The notes under the pieces are model-generated. The model was not told the DNA's origin. It searched no databases and saw nothing but the letters and a program-made list of their open reading frames with translations. This document shows positions 8,740 through 17,580 of a stretch of 64,000 nt of DNA, in pieces. Positions within the stretch are counted from its first letter, which is position 1; each line of letters opens with the position of its first letter. A program made the translations under genes and the position numbers. The DNA is from Candidatus Krumholzibacteriota bacterium (lineage in GTDB: Bacteria > Krumholzibacteriota > Krumholzibacteriia > JACNKJ01). The stretch spans positions 1,296 through 65,295 of the forward strand of contig JAFGBK010000072.1 of NCBI GenBank assembly GCA_016933175.1, in the 5' to 3' direction.

Positions 8740-9723
8740 GTGATCCGCATAACCGGCCGGGCTCTGAGGTCCGGCGCCGCGTGGCTGCTGCTGGCCTGCC
8801 TCCTGGCGGCGCCGGCCAGAGCCCAGACGGGCGCGGCGGGCCTGGAGCCCTACCGCGTCGGTCCCCTGGACGAGCTGATTCTCTCCATTCCCCAGCAGGG
8901 AGAGCTGGACCGGAACCTCACCGTGGACGAGCGCGGGATCATCAACGCCCCGCTCATCGGCGAGGTGGAGGCGGCCGGCCGCACCCTGACCGAGATCGAG
9001 CGCGAGATCCTGGAACGCATCCAGGTCTATCACCGGAACGTCACGCGGGTGTCGCTGGAGGTCGTGGCCTACAACAGCCGGGCCATCTACGTGCTCGGCG
9101 CGGTCCACGAGCCCGGCAAGTACGCCCTGTATCCGGTGCCCAATGTCTGGCAGGCGATCCGCGAGGCGGGCGGCGTCACCGTGGAGGGCGACCTCAGCCG
9201 CGTGCGGGTCTTCCGCCAGCGGGACGGCCGGCAGGTCGTGGAGACCCACAACCTGGCGACCCTCCTGGCCGCCGACGGCGTCGTCGAGATGCCATCCCTC
9301 GCTCCCGGCGAGACCGTGGAGGTGCCCACGCGGCCCGCGCAGCCGGGCGCCTACGCGGGCTCCGACGGCGTCTACGTCATGGGCCAGGTCCTGCAGCCCG
9401 GTGTCTACCGCATGGAAGCCGGGGCCAACGATCTGCTGGGCTTCATCCTGCGCGCCGGGGGACCCGCCGGTCACGCCAAGCTGGACAAGGTGCACCTGCT
9501 GCGGCCCCGGGCTGACGGCGGCCTCCTGCGCTTCGAGCTGGACCTCGAGCGCTACCTCGACCGGGGCGATCCGCGCCAGAATCCGGAGATCATGCCCGGC
9601 GACACCATCTACGTGCCCGAGGAAGGCACCTTCACCCGCGCGCTGCGCAGCAACCTCGGCATTCTGACGAGCCTGGCGACGCTGGCAACGACGCTCTGGC
9701 TCATCTCGGACCGGAACAACTAG
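8740..9723 (+). CDS. polysaccharide biosynthesis/export protein (Wza/EpsE-like, SLBB domains)
   Basis: GTG at 8740 lies 5 nt after GGGAGG. Signal peptide. Motifs GPLDELILSIP, GAVHEPGKYAL and GDTIYVPEE are typical of Wza-family export proteins. Confidence 0.85.
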   Translation: MIRITGRALRSGAAWLLLACLLAAPARAQTGAAGLEPYRVGPLDELILSIPQQGELDRNLTVDERGIINAPLIGEVEAAGRTLTEIEREILERIQVYHRNVTRVSLEVVAYNSRAIYVLGAVHEPGKYALYPVPNVWQAIREAGGVTVEGDLSRVRVFRQRDGRQVVETHNLATLLAADGVVEMPSLAPGETVEVPTRPAQPGAYAGSDGVYVMGQVLQPGVYRMEAGANDLLGFILRAGGPAGHAKLDKVHLLRPRADGGLLRFELDLERYLDRGDPRQNPEIMPGDTIYVPEEGTFTRALRSNLGILTSLATLATTLWLISDRNN

Positions 9724-9733
9724 ACGAGTCGAC

Positions 9734-10738
9734 GTGGGCGCACCCCGGCTGAAGCGGACGCTCTTGCTCTCCACCGGAGCCGGCCTGCTGGTGATGCTGG
9801 CCCTCGTTCTGCTCGCCGACGCGGGCGAGACACTGCGGGCGCTGCGAGGCATGCGGCTGGCGTGGCTGCCCCTGCTCCTGGTCTTCTCCGTCGCCAACTA
9901 CATCACGCGCTTCGGCAAGTGGGAGTACTTTCTGCGCCTGCTCGGATTGCGCTTGCGGGTCGCGGACAGCCTGGGCATCTTCGTGGGGGGGTTCGTCTTC
10001 TCCATCACGCCCGGCAAGCTGGGGGAGGTCTTCAAATCCTTCCTCGTCCGCGAGATCGATGGCGCGCCGATCTCGCGGACGGCCCCGGTGGTCTTTGCCG
10101 AGCGCTTCACGGACCTGGGCGGACTGCTCGTCCTGGCCTCGGCCGGCGTGGTCGGCAGCCGCCAGGGGGGGGTCGCCTGGATCGCGGGCCTCGCGCTGCT
10201 GGTGCTCCTGTTCGCGCTGATCAGCTCGCGACGCGTGGAGGGACTCGTGCTGCGAATCCTGGCGCGGCTCGGCGCCCTGGGACGCCGGGCCGACGCCATG
10301 GTCCGCGCGCTGGAGAGCGCCCGCACGTTGCTGCGGCCGCGGGACCTGCCCGCCCTGCTGGCCCTGAGCACGGTCTCCTGGTTCTGGGAGTGCTGGGCCC
10401 TGGTCTTCGCCGCGCGGGCCTTCGGCGCGGAGCTGGCGCTGCGCGAGGCCGTCTTCATCTACTCCCTGGCCACGCTGGCCGGGGCCCTGGCCTTCCTGCC
10501 CGGGGGGCTGGGCGTGACCGAGGGCAGCCTAGCCCTCCTGCTCGTGGGGCGGGTGGGCCTGGAGCGCGGCGTGGCCGCCGCGACGACGATGGTGATCCGG
10601 GCGACGACGCTCTGGTTCGCCGTGGCCATCGGGGTCGTTGCCCTCGCCTGGCTGGATCGTCGCTGGCGCCTCGGCGCGCGGCTCTGGGGCGGGCCCGCGG
10701 CGGCGCCGCTGGAGGCGGAGGAAAGGGGAAGTCCATGA
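9734..10738 (+). CDS. UPF0104 flippase-like (lysylphosphatidylglycerol-synthase TM domain) membrane protein
   Basis: Multi-TM protein with GKLGEVFKSFLVREIDGAPISRT. TGA stop overlaps the next ATG. Confidence 0.75.
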   Translation: MGAPRLKRTLLLSTGAGLLVMLALVLLADAGETLRALRGMRLAWLPLLLVFSVANYITRFGKWEYFLRLLGLRLRVADSLGIFVGGFVFSITPGKLGEVFKSFLVREIDGAPISRTAPVVFAERFTDLGGLLVLASAGVVGSRQGGVAWIAGLALLVLLFALISSRRVEGLVLRILARLGALGRRADAMVRALESARTLLRPRDLPALLALSTVSWFWECWALVFAARAFGAELALREAVFIYSLATLAGALAFLPGGLGVTEGSLALLLVGRVGLERGVAAATTMVIRATTLWFAVAIGVVALAWLDRRWRLGARLWGGPAAAPLEAEERGSP

Positions 10739-11847
10739 GGAACGCGCGCGCGCTGGCGGCACGCCGAGTCGCCGCCGGCCTGCTCAGCCTGCTGGCCGCA
10801 TGGCCGGCGGCCGGGGAGACGGCCTTCCGCGCCACGGAAGCGGGCCTTCCCCTGCGCCTGACGGGCGCGACCGTCCTCGAGGGCGTGGCGCCCCTGCCCT
10901 TGCCCGCCGACGGCGAGGCCTTCCTGCGCCTGGAGGCCGGCGGCGGTTCCTGGGAGCGCCGCACCGCCGTCCTGGCCTGGAACGCCCAGGGGCGGCCCAT
11001 CCTGGTGAACGATCACACTCGCCGCGCCCTGCTCGGCACGCTGGTGCCCGGACTGGGCACTGTCCTGTCGGGGCGCCCGCTGCACGGCGCCACCGAGATG
11101 GCGGCCGTCGGCTACCTGGCGGCGAACGGGCTGCACGCGCGCAGTCTGGCGGACGACGCCCTTAACGCCAGCGATCACCTCGAAGAGCTTTATCGGCTGG
11201 AAACGGATCCCGGCGAGCGCCTCCTGCTCCGGCACGAGGCGGACCTCGCCCACGAGCGCTGGGAGCATCGCGACCGGCAGGAGCGCCTGGAGCTGGCCCT
11301 GGCCGGCGCCTTCGCGGGAATGGCGGTCGTCGAATCGTGGTGGCTGAACCGGCCCCTCGCGGCGGCGCGCCGGGGCGACGACCTGGTCCTCAGCGTGCCG
11401 CGGACCTCCTCCACCAAGGCCCTCCTGGCCTCCCTCGTCATGCCGGGCATGGGCCAGGCCTATCGCGGCCAGCGGCGCGGGGCCCTCTACCTGGCCGCGG
11501 AGACCTTTCTGCTCCAGGAGCTGATCGACGTCACCACGCGCCGGAAGATCCAGGTCAGCGAGTACAGCGCCGCCCACTCGTATCTGGGCCAGGATGGCTA
11601 CAGCGCCGCTGACGAGCGCATTCTGCAGCGGCTCTGGGACCGCCAGGCCGACACGACCCAGGAGCTTCAGGCCTTCACGGCCGCGGCGGGTGCCGTCTGG
11701 CTGCTGAGCGTGGTGGACGTACTGGCGACCTCGCCGACGGCGCCCCCGCCGCCGCGATGGGCCGTGGCCCACGACCCCGGGGGGCGCCTCGCCCTGGCAT
11801 GCTCCCCGGCCGGCCGCCTGGGCCTGGCCTGGACGCTGCGTTTCTAG
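10735..11847 (+). CDS. hypothetical secreted protein
   Basis: ATG is coupled to the upstream stop (ATGA), with GGAAAGGGGAAG RBS. Signal peptide. Internal motif LVMPGMGQAYRGQRRGALYLAAE. Confidence 0.6.
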   Translation: MRNARALAARRVAAGLLSLLAAWPAAGETAFRATEAGLPLRLTGATVLEGVAPLPLPADGEAFLRLEAGGGSWERRTAVLAWNAQGRPILVNDHTRRALLGTLVPGLGTVLSGRPLHGATEMAAVGYLAANGLHARSLADDALNASDHLEELYRLETDPGERLLLRHEADLAHERWEHRDRQERLELALAGAFAGMAVVESWWLNRPLAAARRGDDLVLSVPRTSSTKALLASLVMPGMGQAYRGQRRGALYLAAETFLLQELIDVTTRRKIQVSEYSAAHSYLGQDGYSAADERILQRLWDRQADTTQELQAFTAAAGAVWLLSVVDVLATSPTAPPPPRWAVAHDPGGRLALACSPAGRLGLAWTLRF

Positions 11848-12149
11848 GCTCCCTCTCCCCCCAGCGCCCTCGCGCCAGCGCGCTCGCGGCCAAGCGAGCC
11901 GGCGCGGGCTCCCCGGACGACCTTCCCTGGCCGGCTCCGGATGGTATCCTCCCCGACGGGAAACCGGACGCCGCGATGAGCGGCGATGCGACACGGCGCA
12001 AGCCGCCCGGCCGGCCAGGTTTCCCTTGCAATTTTCCGCGGCCTGCGCTTTCTCTGGCGCCGAGGGCGCGAGCCGTCCGCCGCCAGGACGGGTTCGTCTA
12101 CGCAATACTGGGGTGCAATGAGCTGGCGCGCGACACCTACCCGGGACCC

Positions 12150-12165
12150 TGGCACAGGCCCTGCT
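12150..12165 (+). promoter_or_regulatory. candidate sigma-54 (-24/-12) promoter
   Basis: cTGGCACaggccCTGCt has GG and GC exactly 12 nt apart. It lies ~120 nt upstream of the PorV-like gene. Confidence 0.45.
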
Positions 12166-12287
12166 GTCGGCTTAATCGCAAGGAGCACTTTGTTTTATAT
12201 GGGGATGCCGATCCCCCGCCGAAGCCTTGCCGGAAGCGATTTCCCCTTCCGGGCACCGCGCACGACACGACACCTGAGGTACGCACC

Positions 12288-13247
12288 ATGCGAGTGATCC
12301 GGATCGCCCTGAGCGCCGCGCTGCTCATCGCCATCTTTCCTCTCAGCGTCATGGCCGACGGCGGCGCCGGCGTCGGCGCCGCCGATTTCCTGGAGATCCC
12401 CGTCGGAGCGCGAGACATGGCCCTGGCCGGCGCCACCGGCGCCCTGCCGGGCGACGCCGCCTCCATCCTGCGCAATCCGGCGCTTCTCGCCACGGGCGGC
12501 GGCACGCAGCTCCAGCTGGGCCACTGCGAGTGGTACCAGGACCTGCGCCACGAGAGCGCGATGCTGGCCCTGGACCTGCCCGCCGGCGCCGGCCGCCTTG
12601 GCGTGCATCTGCGTTACCTCCACATGGACCCGCTGCCCGCCCTGGACGCAGACCTGCAGTCCATCGGCGAGGCGGAGGTCTACGATCTGGCGGCCGGCCT
12701 GACCTGGGCGACCCGCCTCGCCCGGCGCTGGGACCTGGGCCTGAGCGTGCACGGCATCCGCCAGGAGCTGGCGGGCCTTGACGGGCGCGGCTGGGCGCTG
12801 GACCTGGGAGCGGGCCTGGTGGCCGCCGGCTCCTACTGGAGCGTGTCGGCGCGCAACCTCGCCGGCTGTGTGGACTTCGACGACTCGGCCTTCGAGGTCG
12901 AGCGCATGATCTGCCTCGGCGTGGCCCGCTACCTGCCGCGGCTGGGCAGCACCTTCACACTCGAGTATCGCCAGCCCCGCTACTGGGGCGGCAGCCTCCG
13001 CGGTGGTGTCGAGTACCTGGTGGGCGGCCTGCTGGTCCTGCGCGCGGGCTATGCCCAGGCCCTGGAGGACACGGGGGGCGAGAGCGGACAGCCCAGCTTC
13101 GGCGCGGGCCTGCGCCTGGGCCGGATGGGTCTCGACTACTCCTACCAGGCCAGCGACCGGCTGGGGGAGGTGCATCTCCTCTCCCTCAACCTGCTTGGCG
13201 GCACATCCGCCCTGGCGCCCTACCGCTACTTCCGCCCCGGTCCCTGA
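12288..13247 (+). CDS. PorV/UPF0164-family outer-membrane beta-barrel protein
   Basis: Signal peptide. N-terminal DFLEIPVGARDMALAGATGALPGDAASILRNPALL matches the UPF0164/PorV signature (F-L-x-I-x-V-G-A-R...A-x-x-N-P-A). GAGGT RBS. Confidence 0.7.
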   Translation: MRVIRIALSAALLIAIFPLSVMADGGAGVGAADFLEIPVGARDMALAGATGALPGDAASILRNPALLATGGGTQLQLGHCEWYQDLRHESAMLALDLPAGAGRLGVHLRYLHMDPLPALDADLQSIGEAEVYDLAAGLTWATRLARRWDLGLSVHGIRQELAGLDGRGWALDLGAGLVAAGSYWSVSARNLAGCVDFDDSAFEVERMICLGVARYLPRLGSTFTLEYRQPRYWGGSLRGGVEYLVGGLLVLRAGYAQALEDTGGESGQPSFGAGLRLGRMGLDYSYQASDRLGEVHLLSLNLLGGTSALAPYRYFRPGP

Positions 13248-13466
13248 ACGCCCCGCGCGATTCCGGCGTGTCTAAACCCTGCAAGAACCTCCGGCGCGGC
13301 CGACACCTTTTTCGTACGCCACGGGAGCTTCTGGAATCTTGTCCCTTGTGAAGGCGGCAACAAGGCGAGGCTAATTTCAACCAGACACTTGCTTCCGCCA
13401 CTTCCGAACTGATACAATGTTCCTCGATCCAGATGCCGTGCGACGGCTACGGGACTCGTGTCGGCT

Positions 13467-13482
13467 CGGCACGAAATAGGCT
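13467..13482 (+). promoter_or_regulatory. weak candidate sigma-54 promoter
   Basis: cGGCACGaaatagGCt with correct GG/GC spacing but a poor -12 element. It overlaps the hairpin GGCTCctcccccggaaaggggtGAGCC. Confidence 0.25.
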
Positions 13483-13663
13483 CCTCCCCCGGAAAGGGGT
13501 GAGCCGGAGGCGGGGATAGGCGACTCAGGCGGTACACCGGTCGGCCTCTTTTTTTGCGGATCGAATAATGTTTCGGTTTTGTTATGGCTGGAATCATGAT
13601 TCGCAGGCACCGGATGAAATCGAGAGATCGTTCATAGCCACTACGCTGCAAGCAGGACGAGAT

Positions 13664-14497
13664 ATGAAGAAGACAGTTCTGGCCGATGACTTCCTGGAGA
13701 GCTTCCGCAACAAGCGGCGGCCCCAGCTCACGACCGTCATCGACCCGGACAAGGACAGCACGCTCGACTGGCTCGACCGGTGTGAGAGCCGCGGGGCAGT
13801 GCGCAACGAGCTCGAGCTCGAACGGTCCACGCGCCTGGCCATCCGGATCTTCGACATCGCCGTCGCGATCCTGGCTCTCGTGGCACTCAGCCCCGTGCTC
13901 CTGATCCTCGCCGCGCTCATCAAGATGGAGGGGCCGGGGCCGGTGATCTACCGCCAGGTGCGGACGGGCCGCAACCTCCGCTCCTGCGACCGCCGTCGCA
14001 GCCAGAACATCCGCATGCTCCAGGAGCGGCGGCGCAGCGACCGGCGCCGGGACGCGGCGCCGGGCCGCCCCTTCGAGATCTTCAAGTTCCGGAGCATGGT
14101 GGCCGACGCCGAGAAGAACGGCATCCAGATGGCCACCAAGGACGACGACCGCATCACCCGCATCGGGCGGATCATGCGCCGCGCCCGCCTGGACGAGCTG
14201 CCCCAGTTCTTGAACGTGCTCAAGGGCGACATGAGCATCGTCGGCCCCCGCCCCGAGCGGCCGGAGATCATCGAGTACCTGGAGGAGCAGATCCCCGGCT
14301 ACAGCGAGCGTCTCGGAGTGCGCCCCGGCATCACGGGCCTTGCCCAGATCCGCAACGGCTACGACACGGATCTCGAGCACATCCGCCGGAAGATCACCCT
14401 GGATCGCTACTACATCCAGAAGTGCTCCCTGATGAACGACCTGCGCATCTGCCTGCGAACCTTCCGCGTCGTCATCAAGGGCGAGGGAGCCATGTAA
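13664..14497 (+). CDS. undecaprenyl-phosphate sugar-1-phosphate transferase (bacterial sugar transferase, WbaP/EpsB-like)
   Basis: PGPVIYRQVRTG...PFEIFKFRSMV...DELPQFLNVLKGDMSIVGPRPE are canonical C-terminal motifs. These flank a ~28-aa Arg-rich insertion. Confidence 0.85.
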   Translation: MKKTVLADDFLESFRNKRRPQLTTVIDPDKDSTLDWLDRCESRGAVRNELELERSTRLAIRIFDIAVAILALVALSPVLLILAALIKMEGPGPVIYRQVRTGRNLRSCDRRRSQNIRMLQERRRSDRRRDAAPGRPFEIFKFRSMVADAEKNGIQMATKDDDRITRIGRIMRRARLDELPQFLNVLKGDMSIVGPRPERPEIIEYLEEQIPGYSERLGVRPGITGLAQIRNGYDTDLEHIRRKITLDRYYIQKCSLMNDLRICLRTFRVVIKGEGAM

Positions 14498-14523
14498 GCG
14501 GACTTTGACGAACGTACGAGGCA

Positions 14524-14556
14524 GGCCGGGAGCGCATCGCGCTCCCGGCCTTTCTC
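14524..14556. terminator. rho-independent terminator between convergent genes
   Basis: GGCCGGGAGCGC-atc-GCGCTCCCGGCC perfect 12-bp stem followed by TTTCT. Confidence 0.5.
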
Positions 14557-14573
14557 GTTACGCACCGGGGGAA

Positions 14574-15071
14574 TCAAAGGAGCAGGGAATCGGGAGGCAT
14601 GGGCACGAGCTTGAGCTCGCGCACGCCCCATTGGGCGGCGCGGGTCCGGCTGGGGAACCAGATATCCGCGCGGCGCGTGTAGCGGGCGTTCATCGAGTCC
14701 TCCACCACGAACTCGCCCACGCCGGGGATGTAGACCCGGTCGCCCCAGTGAAAGGGGGCCTCGGGGTTGTAGCGCCGGAGCATGTCGCGGCTCAGGGCGA
14801 TGATGCCGGGCCGGACCCGCTTGTTGGAGGCCGTGATCAGGGGATCGGCGTCGCACTGGTCGCGCGTGCTGGAGTAGCCCGTCACCGTCACGGGATAGAC
14901 GTTCCGCCCCTCCAGGCCCAGCCACTCGTCCACCCGGTCCCAGGCCGGCGTGCCCCGCTCGCTGAGGGCGACGGGCCGGGCCACGCCGCCTCCCGCGCCA
15001 CGCCAGGAGCCGGCGGGCTGGAGGCCGAGAGCAAAAACAAGAGCGAGGACGGGTGTCAGCAGCAGTCTCAT
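14574..15071 (-). CDS. 3D (Asp-Asp-Asp) domain protein, MltA-like
   Basis: Signal peptide. YSSTRDQCDADPLITASNKRV...IIALSRDML...FHWGDRVYIPGVGEFVVEDSMNARY. Confidence 0.8.
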   Translation of the reverse strand: MRLLLTPVLALVFALGLQPAGSWRGAGGGVARPVALSERGTPAWDRVDEWLGLEGRNVYPVTVTGYSSTRDQCDADPLITASNKRVRPGIIALSRDMLRRYNPEAPFHWGDRVYIPGVGEFVVEDSMNARYTRRADIWFPSRTRAAQWGVRELKLVPMPPDSLLL

Positions 15072-15198
15072 GGTTGTCCGGGGTTGGCGGGCCGCTACGG
15101 TGGGCCCGTGTGATGCGTTCGATGAGTCTTAATTTTACCGGCCCACGGGAAGGCGCGTCAAGCGGCCCCGGCCCCCATCTCTGCGCGGGAGGCACTAT

Positions 15199-15214
15199 TG
15201 GCAAGGATTATGCT
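15199..15214 (+). promoter_or_regulatory. candidate sigma-54 promoter
   Basis: TTGGCAAGgattATGCt with GG/GC 12 nt apart. It lies ~70 nt upstream of the 5'-nucleotidase start. Confidence 0.4.
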
Positions 15215-15285
15215 TAGCTGGGAGTTTCCGGTAATGATGGCGACAGCCGTTGCCAGGAGCCTTTCCCGCTGCTTAGCATGGAACC

Positions 15286-16725
15286 ATGAGCGATACGACC
15301 CGGGAATCGGTTCCGGACCGGGAGGCGGTCCACCCCCATTTCTACGAGCAGTTCATCGAGAAGCAGCACCGGATCTTCGTCAACCGCAACCTGCGCATGC
15401 GCAGCATCCGGTGGGTGGGCTTCGACATGGACCACACACTCGCCCTGTACAACCGTAACTTCATCGAAGCCCTCGCCTTCGACCTGTCCCTCCAGGCCCT
15501 CGTCCGCGAGAAGGACTACCCGCGCGAGCTGCTGGGCATCCGCTACGATCCCGACTTCGGCATCCGCGGGCTGGTGGTGGACAAGGAGGAGGGCAACATC
15601 CTCAAGATGGACCGCTTCCACTACGTGGCGGTGGCCTACCACGGCTTCCGGGTCCTGGACAAGGAGACGCGCAAGGGGCTCTACACCTCGGAGCCCATGC
15701 AGCTCTCCAGTCCGCGCTTCTGGAGCAGCGATACCCTCTTCGGGCTGCCGGAGATCGCCCTCTACGCCAGCGTCGTCGAGGCCCTGGAGGAGATGGGCTG
15801 GCCACCCGGCCTCACCTACCGCCAGGCCTTCACCGACATACGCACCTGCGTGGATCTGGTGCACAAGGACGATTCCCTGAAGAGCATCTTCCGCGAACGA
15901 CGGGGCGAGTGCTTCCTGAGCGATCCCCGGCTGGTGGCCACCCTCGACAGGTTCCGCACCGAGGGCCAGCGGCTATTCCTGCTCACCAACTCCGACTACG
16001 AGTACACCGACTGGGTGCTGAGCTGGGTCATGAACGACGGCGAGCGAGGCCGGCCCTGGTGGTCCTTCTTCGATCTCATCGTCACCGATTCCCACAAGCC
16101 CGGCTTCTTCCATGAGGGCATTCCCTGGAAGCGCCTGGCGATCGCGGACCACGAGGTGCCCAGCTTCTCGGGCGGCAACGTCCGCCTCCTCGAGGACCAC
16201 ATCGGCGCCCGCGGCGACGAGATCCTCTACATCGGCGATCACATCTTCGGCGACATCCTCCGCTCCAAGAAGAGCCGCGGCTGGCGCACGGTCATGGTCG
16301 TCGAGGAGCTGGAGCACGAGATCCGGGTGGGCCTGGCCACCGAGGAGCAACGCGCGGTCATCGACCAGCTCGAGATGGCGAACTCCGACCTGCTCGCGCG
16401 CGTCGCGCGGCTGCGCCGCCGCCAGGAGCGGGCCGCGGCGGTGGGCGCCCCCGGCCCCGGCGACGCCTTCAGCGCCGAGGAGAAGGAGCTGGAGTCGCGC
16501 CTGACGCGCAATCTGCTGCGAATCAACGAGTTGGAGGAGGAAATCCGCCGCCGCTACAATCCCTGGTGGGGCTCCCTGTGCAAGGTCGACGGCGAGCTGA
16601 GCCGCTTCGGAGACCAGATGCGGGATTTCGCCTGTCTCTACACGGCGCGGGTGAGCAACTTCCTCTACTATCCGCCGAAGCGCTACTTCCTCAGCCCCGT
16701 CGAGTTCCTGCCCCACGAGATCTAG
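15286..16725 (+). CDS. cytosolic-type 5'-nucleotidase (HAD superfamily, PF05761-like)
   Basis: IFVNRNLRMRSIRWVGFDMDHTLALY (HAD motif I DMDHT), then LLTNSDYEYT and IGDHIFGDIL. Confidence 0.85.
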   Translation: MSDTTRESVPDREAVHPHFYEQFIEKQHRIFVNRNLRMRSIRWVGFDMDHTLALYNRNFIEALAFDLSLQALVREKDYPRELLGIRYDPDFGIRGLVVDKEEGNILKMDRFHYVAVAYHGFRVLDKETRKGLYTSEPMQLSSPRFWSSDTLFGLPEIALYASVVEALEEMGWPPGLTYRQAFTDIRTCVDLVHKDDSLKSIFRERRGECFLSDPRLVATLDRFRTEGQRLFLLTNSDYEYTDWVLSWVMNDGERGRPWWSFFDLIVTDSHKPGFFHEGIPWKRLAIADHEVPSFSGGNVRLLEDHIGARGDEILYIGDHIFGDILRSKKSRGWRTVMVVEELEHEIRVGLATEEQRAVIDQLEMANSDLLARVARLRRRQERAAAVGAPGPGDAFSAEEKELESRLTRNLLRINELEEEIRRRYNPWWGSLCKVDGELSRFGDQMRDFACLYTARVSNFLYYPPKRYFLSPVEFLPHEI

Positions 16726-16749
16726 GCGCGCGCCGGACGCCCCCGGCCC

Positions 16750-17550
16750 TCAGCTGATCAGCACGGGTGTGCCCAGCTTGTAGGCCAGGCGCAGGGCGCG
16801 GTGCATCCAGCGGAACTGCAGATAGGTGCTGCACTCCCGCGAGAGGCGCAGCACGCGCTCCTCGCTGAGCCCCGCGTAGAGGATGCCCGACAGGAAGTCC
16901 AGGTAGATGCTCAGCAGCTCCCGCGGGAACTCGCGGCCATAGCCCGTGCGCTCCGTACGCTCGGAGCTCATGCCCACCAGCGCGTGCAGGATGTGGTCGG
17001 TGCTGATGCCGTCGCCCGCGCGCTGGAAGCGGACGGGCTCCGTCCGCTCGAGCAGGCGGGACTCGCGCCGCAGGGTGGTCCGCCGCATGCTGGCGATGGC
17101 CTGGCCGTCGAAGGGGCTGTCGCTGCGCAGGATGAGGTTGAGGAGGGTCGGCCACTCCTCCTGCCCGAGGCGATCCATGACCTTCTGCAGGCGCTCGGCG
17201 ACCAGCTCCTCGAAGCAGCCCTGCAGGGGGTAGTTGATGCGCCCCACGCAGCCGAACTCGTCGGCCTGCGGATCCATGTTGGCAGGGCAGTCGCGGCAGC
17301 GCCGGATGAGCCGCCCGATCTCCCGGCCCACCCGCGCGACGTCGTCAAAACCGAAATCCTGCTCCTCGACCTCCAGGCCCCGGATGGTGGGCATGCGCCA
17401 GCGCTTCGCGCTCAGGTCCTTGCGCGACAGCTCGGGATGGTCGCGCAGGTACTTGTGGATCATGTAGAGGAAGGTCCAGCGGCGCAGGCCGGGCTCGCCG
17501 AGCTGCTCCCGGTTCTCGCAAGGCTGGGGGATGACATAGTCGATGCCCAA
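16750..17550 (-). CDS. hypothetical protein (no recognisable family)
   Basis: TTG start 5 nt after GAAGGGAG. Immediately downstream of the FtsX permease stop. Balanced amino-acid composition, unlike the overlapping plus-frame artefact. Confidence 0.55.
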   Translation of the reverse strand: MGIDYVIPQPCENREQLGEPGLRRWTFLYMIHKYLRDHPELSRKDLSAKRWRMPTIRGLEVEEQDFGFDDVARVGREIGRLIRRCRDCPANMDPQADEFGCVGRINYPLQGCFEELVAERLQKVMDRLGQEEWPTLLNLILRSDSPFDGQAIASMRRTTLRRESRLLERTEPVRFQRAGDGISTDHILHALVGMSSERTERTGYGREFPRELLSIYLDFLSGILYAGLSEERVLRLSRECSTYLQFRWMHRALRLAYKLGTPVLIS

Positions 17551-17580
17551 GGGCGCTCCCTTCGCGGTCGCTGGCGGGAA

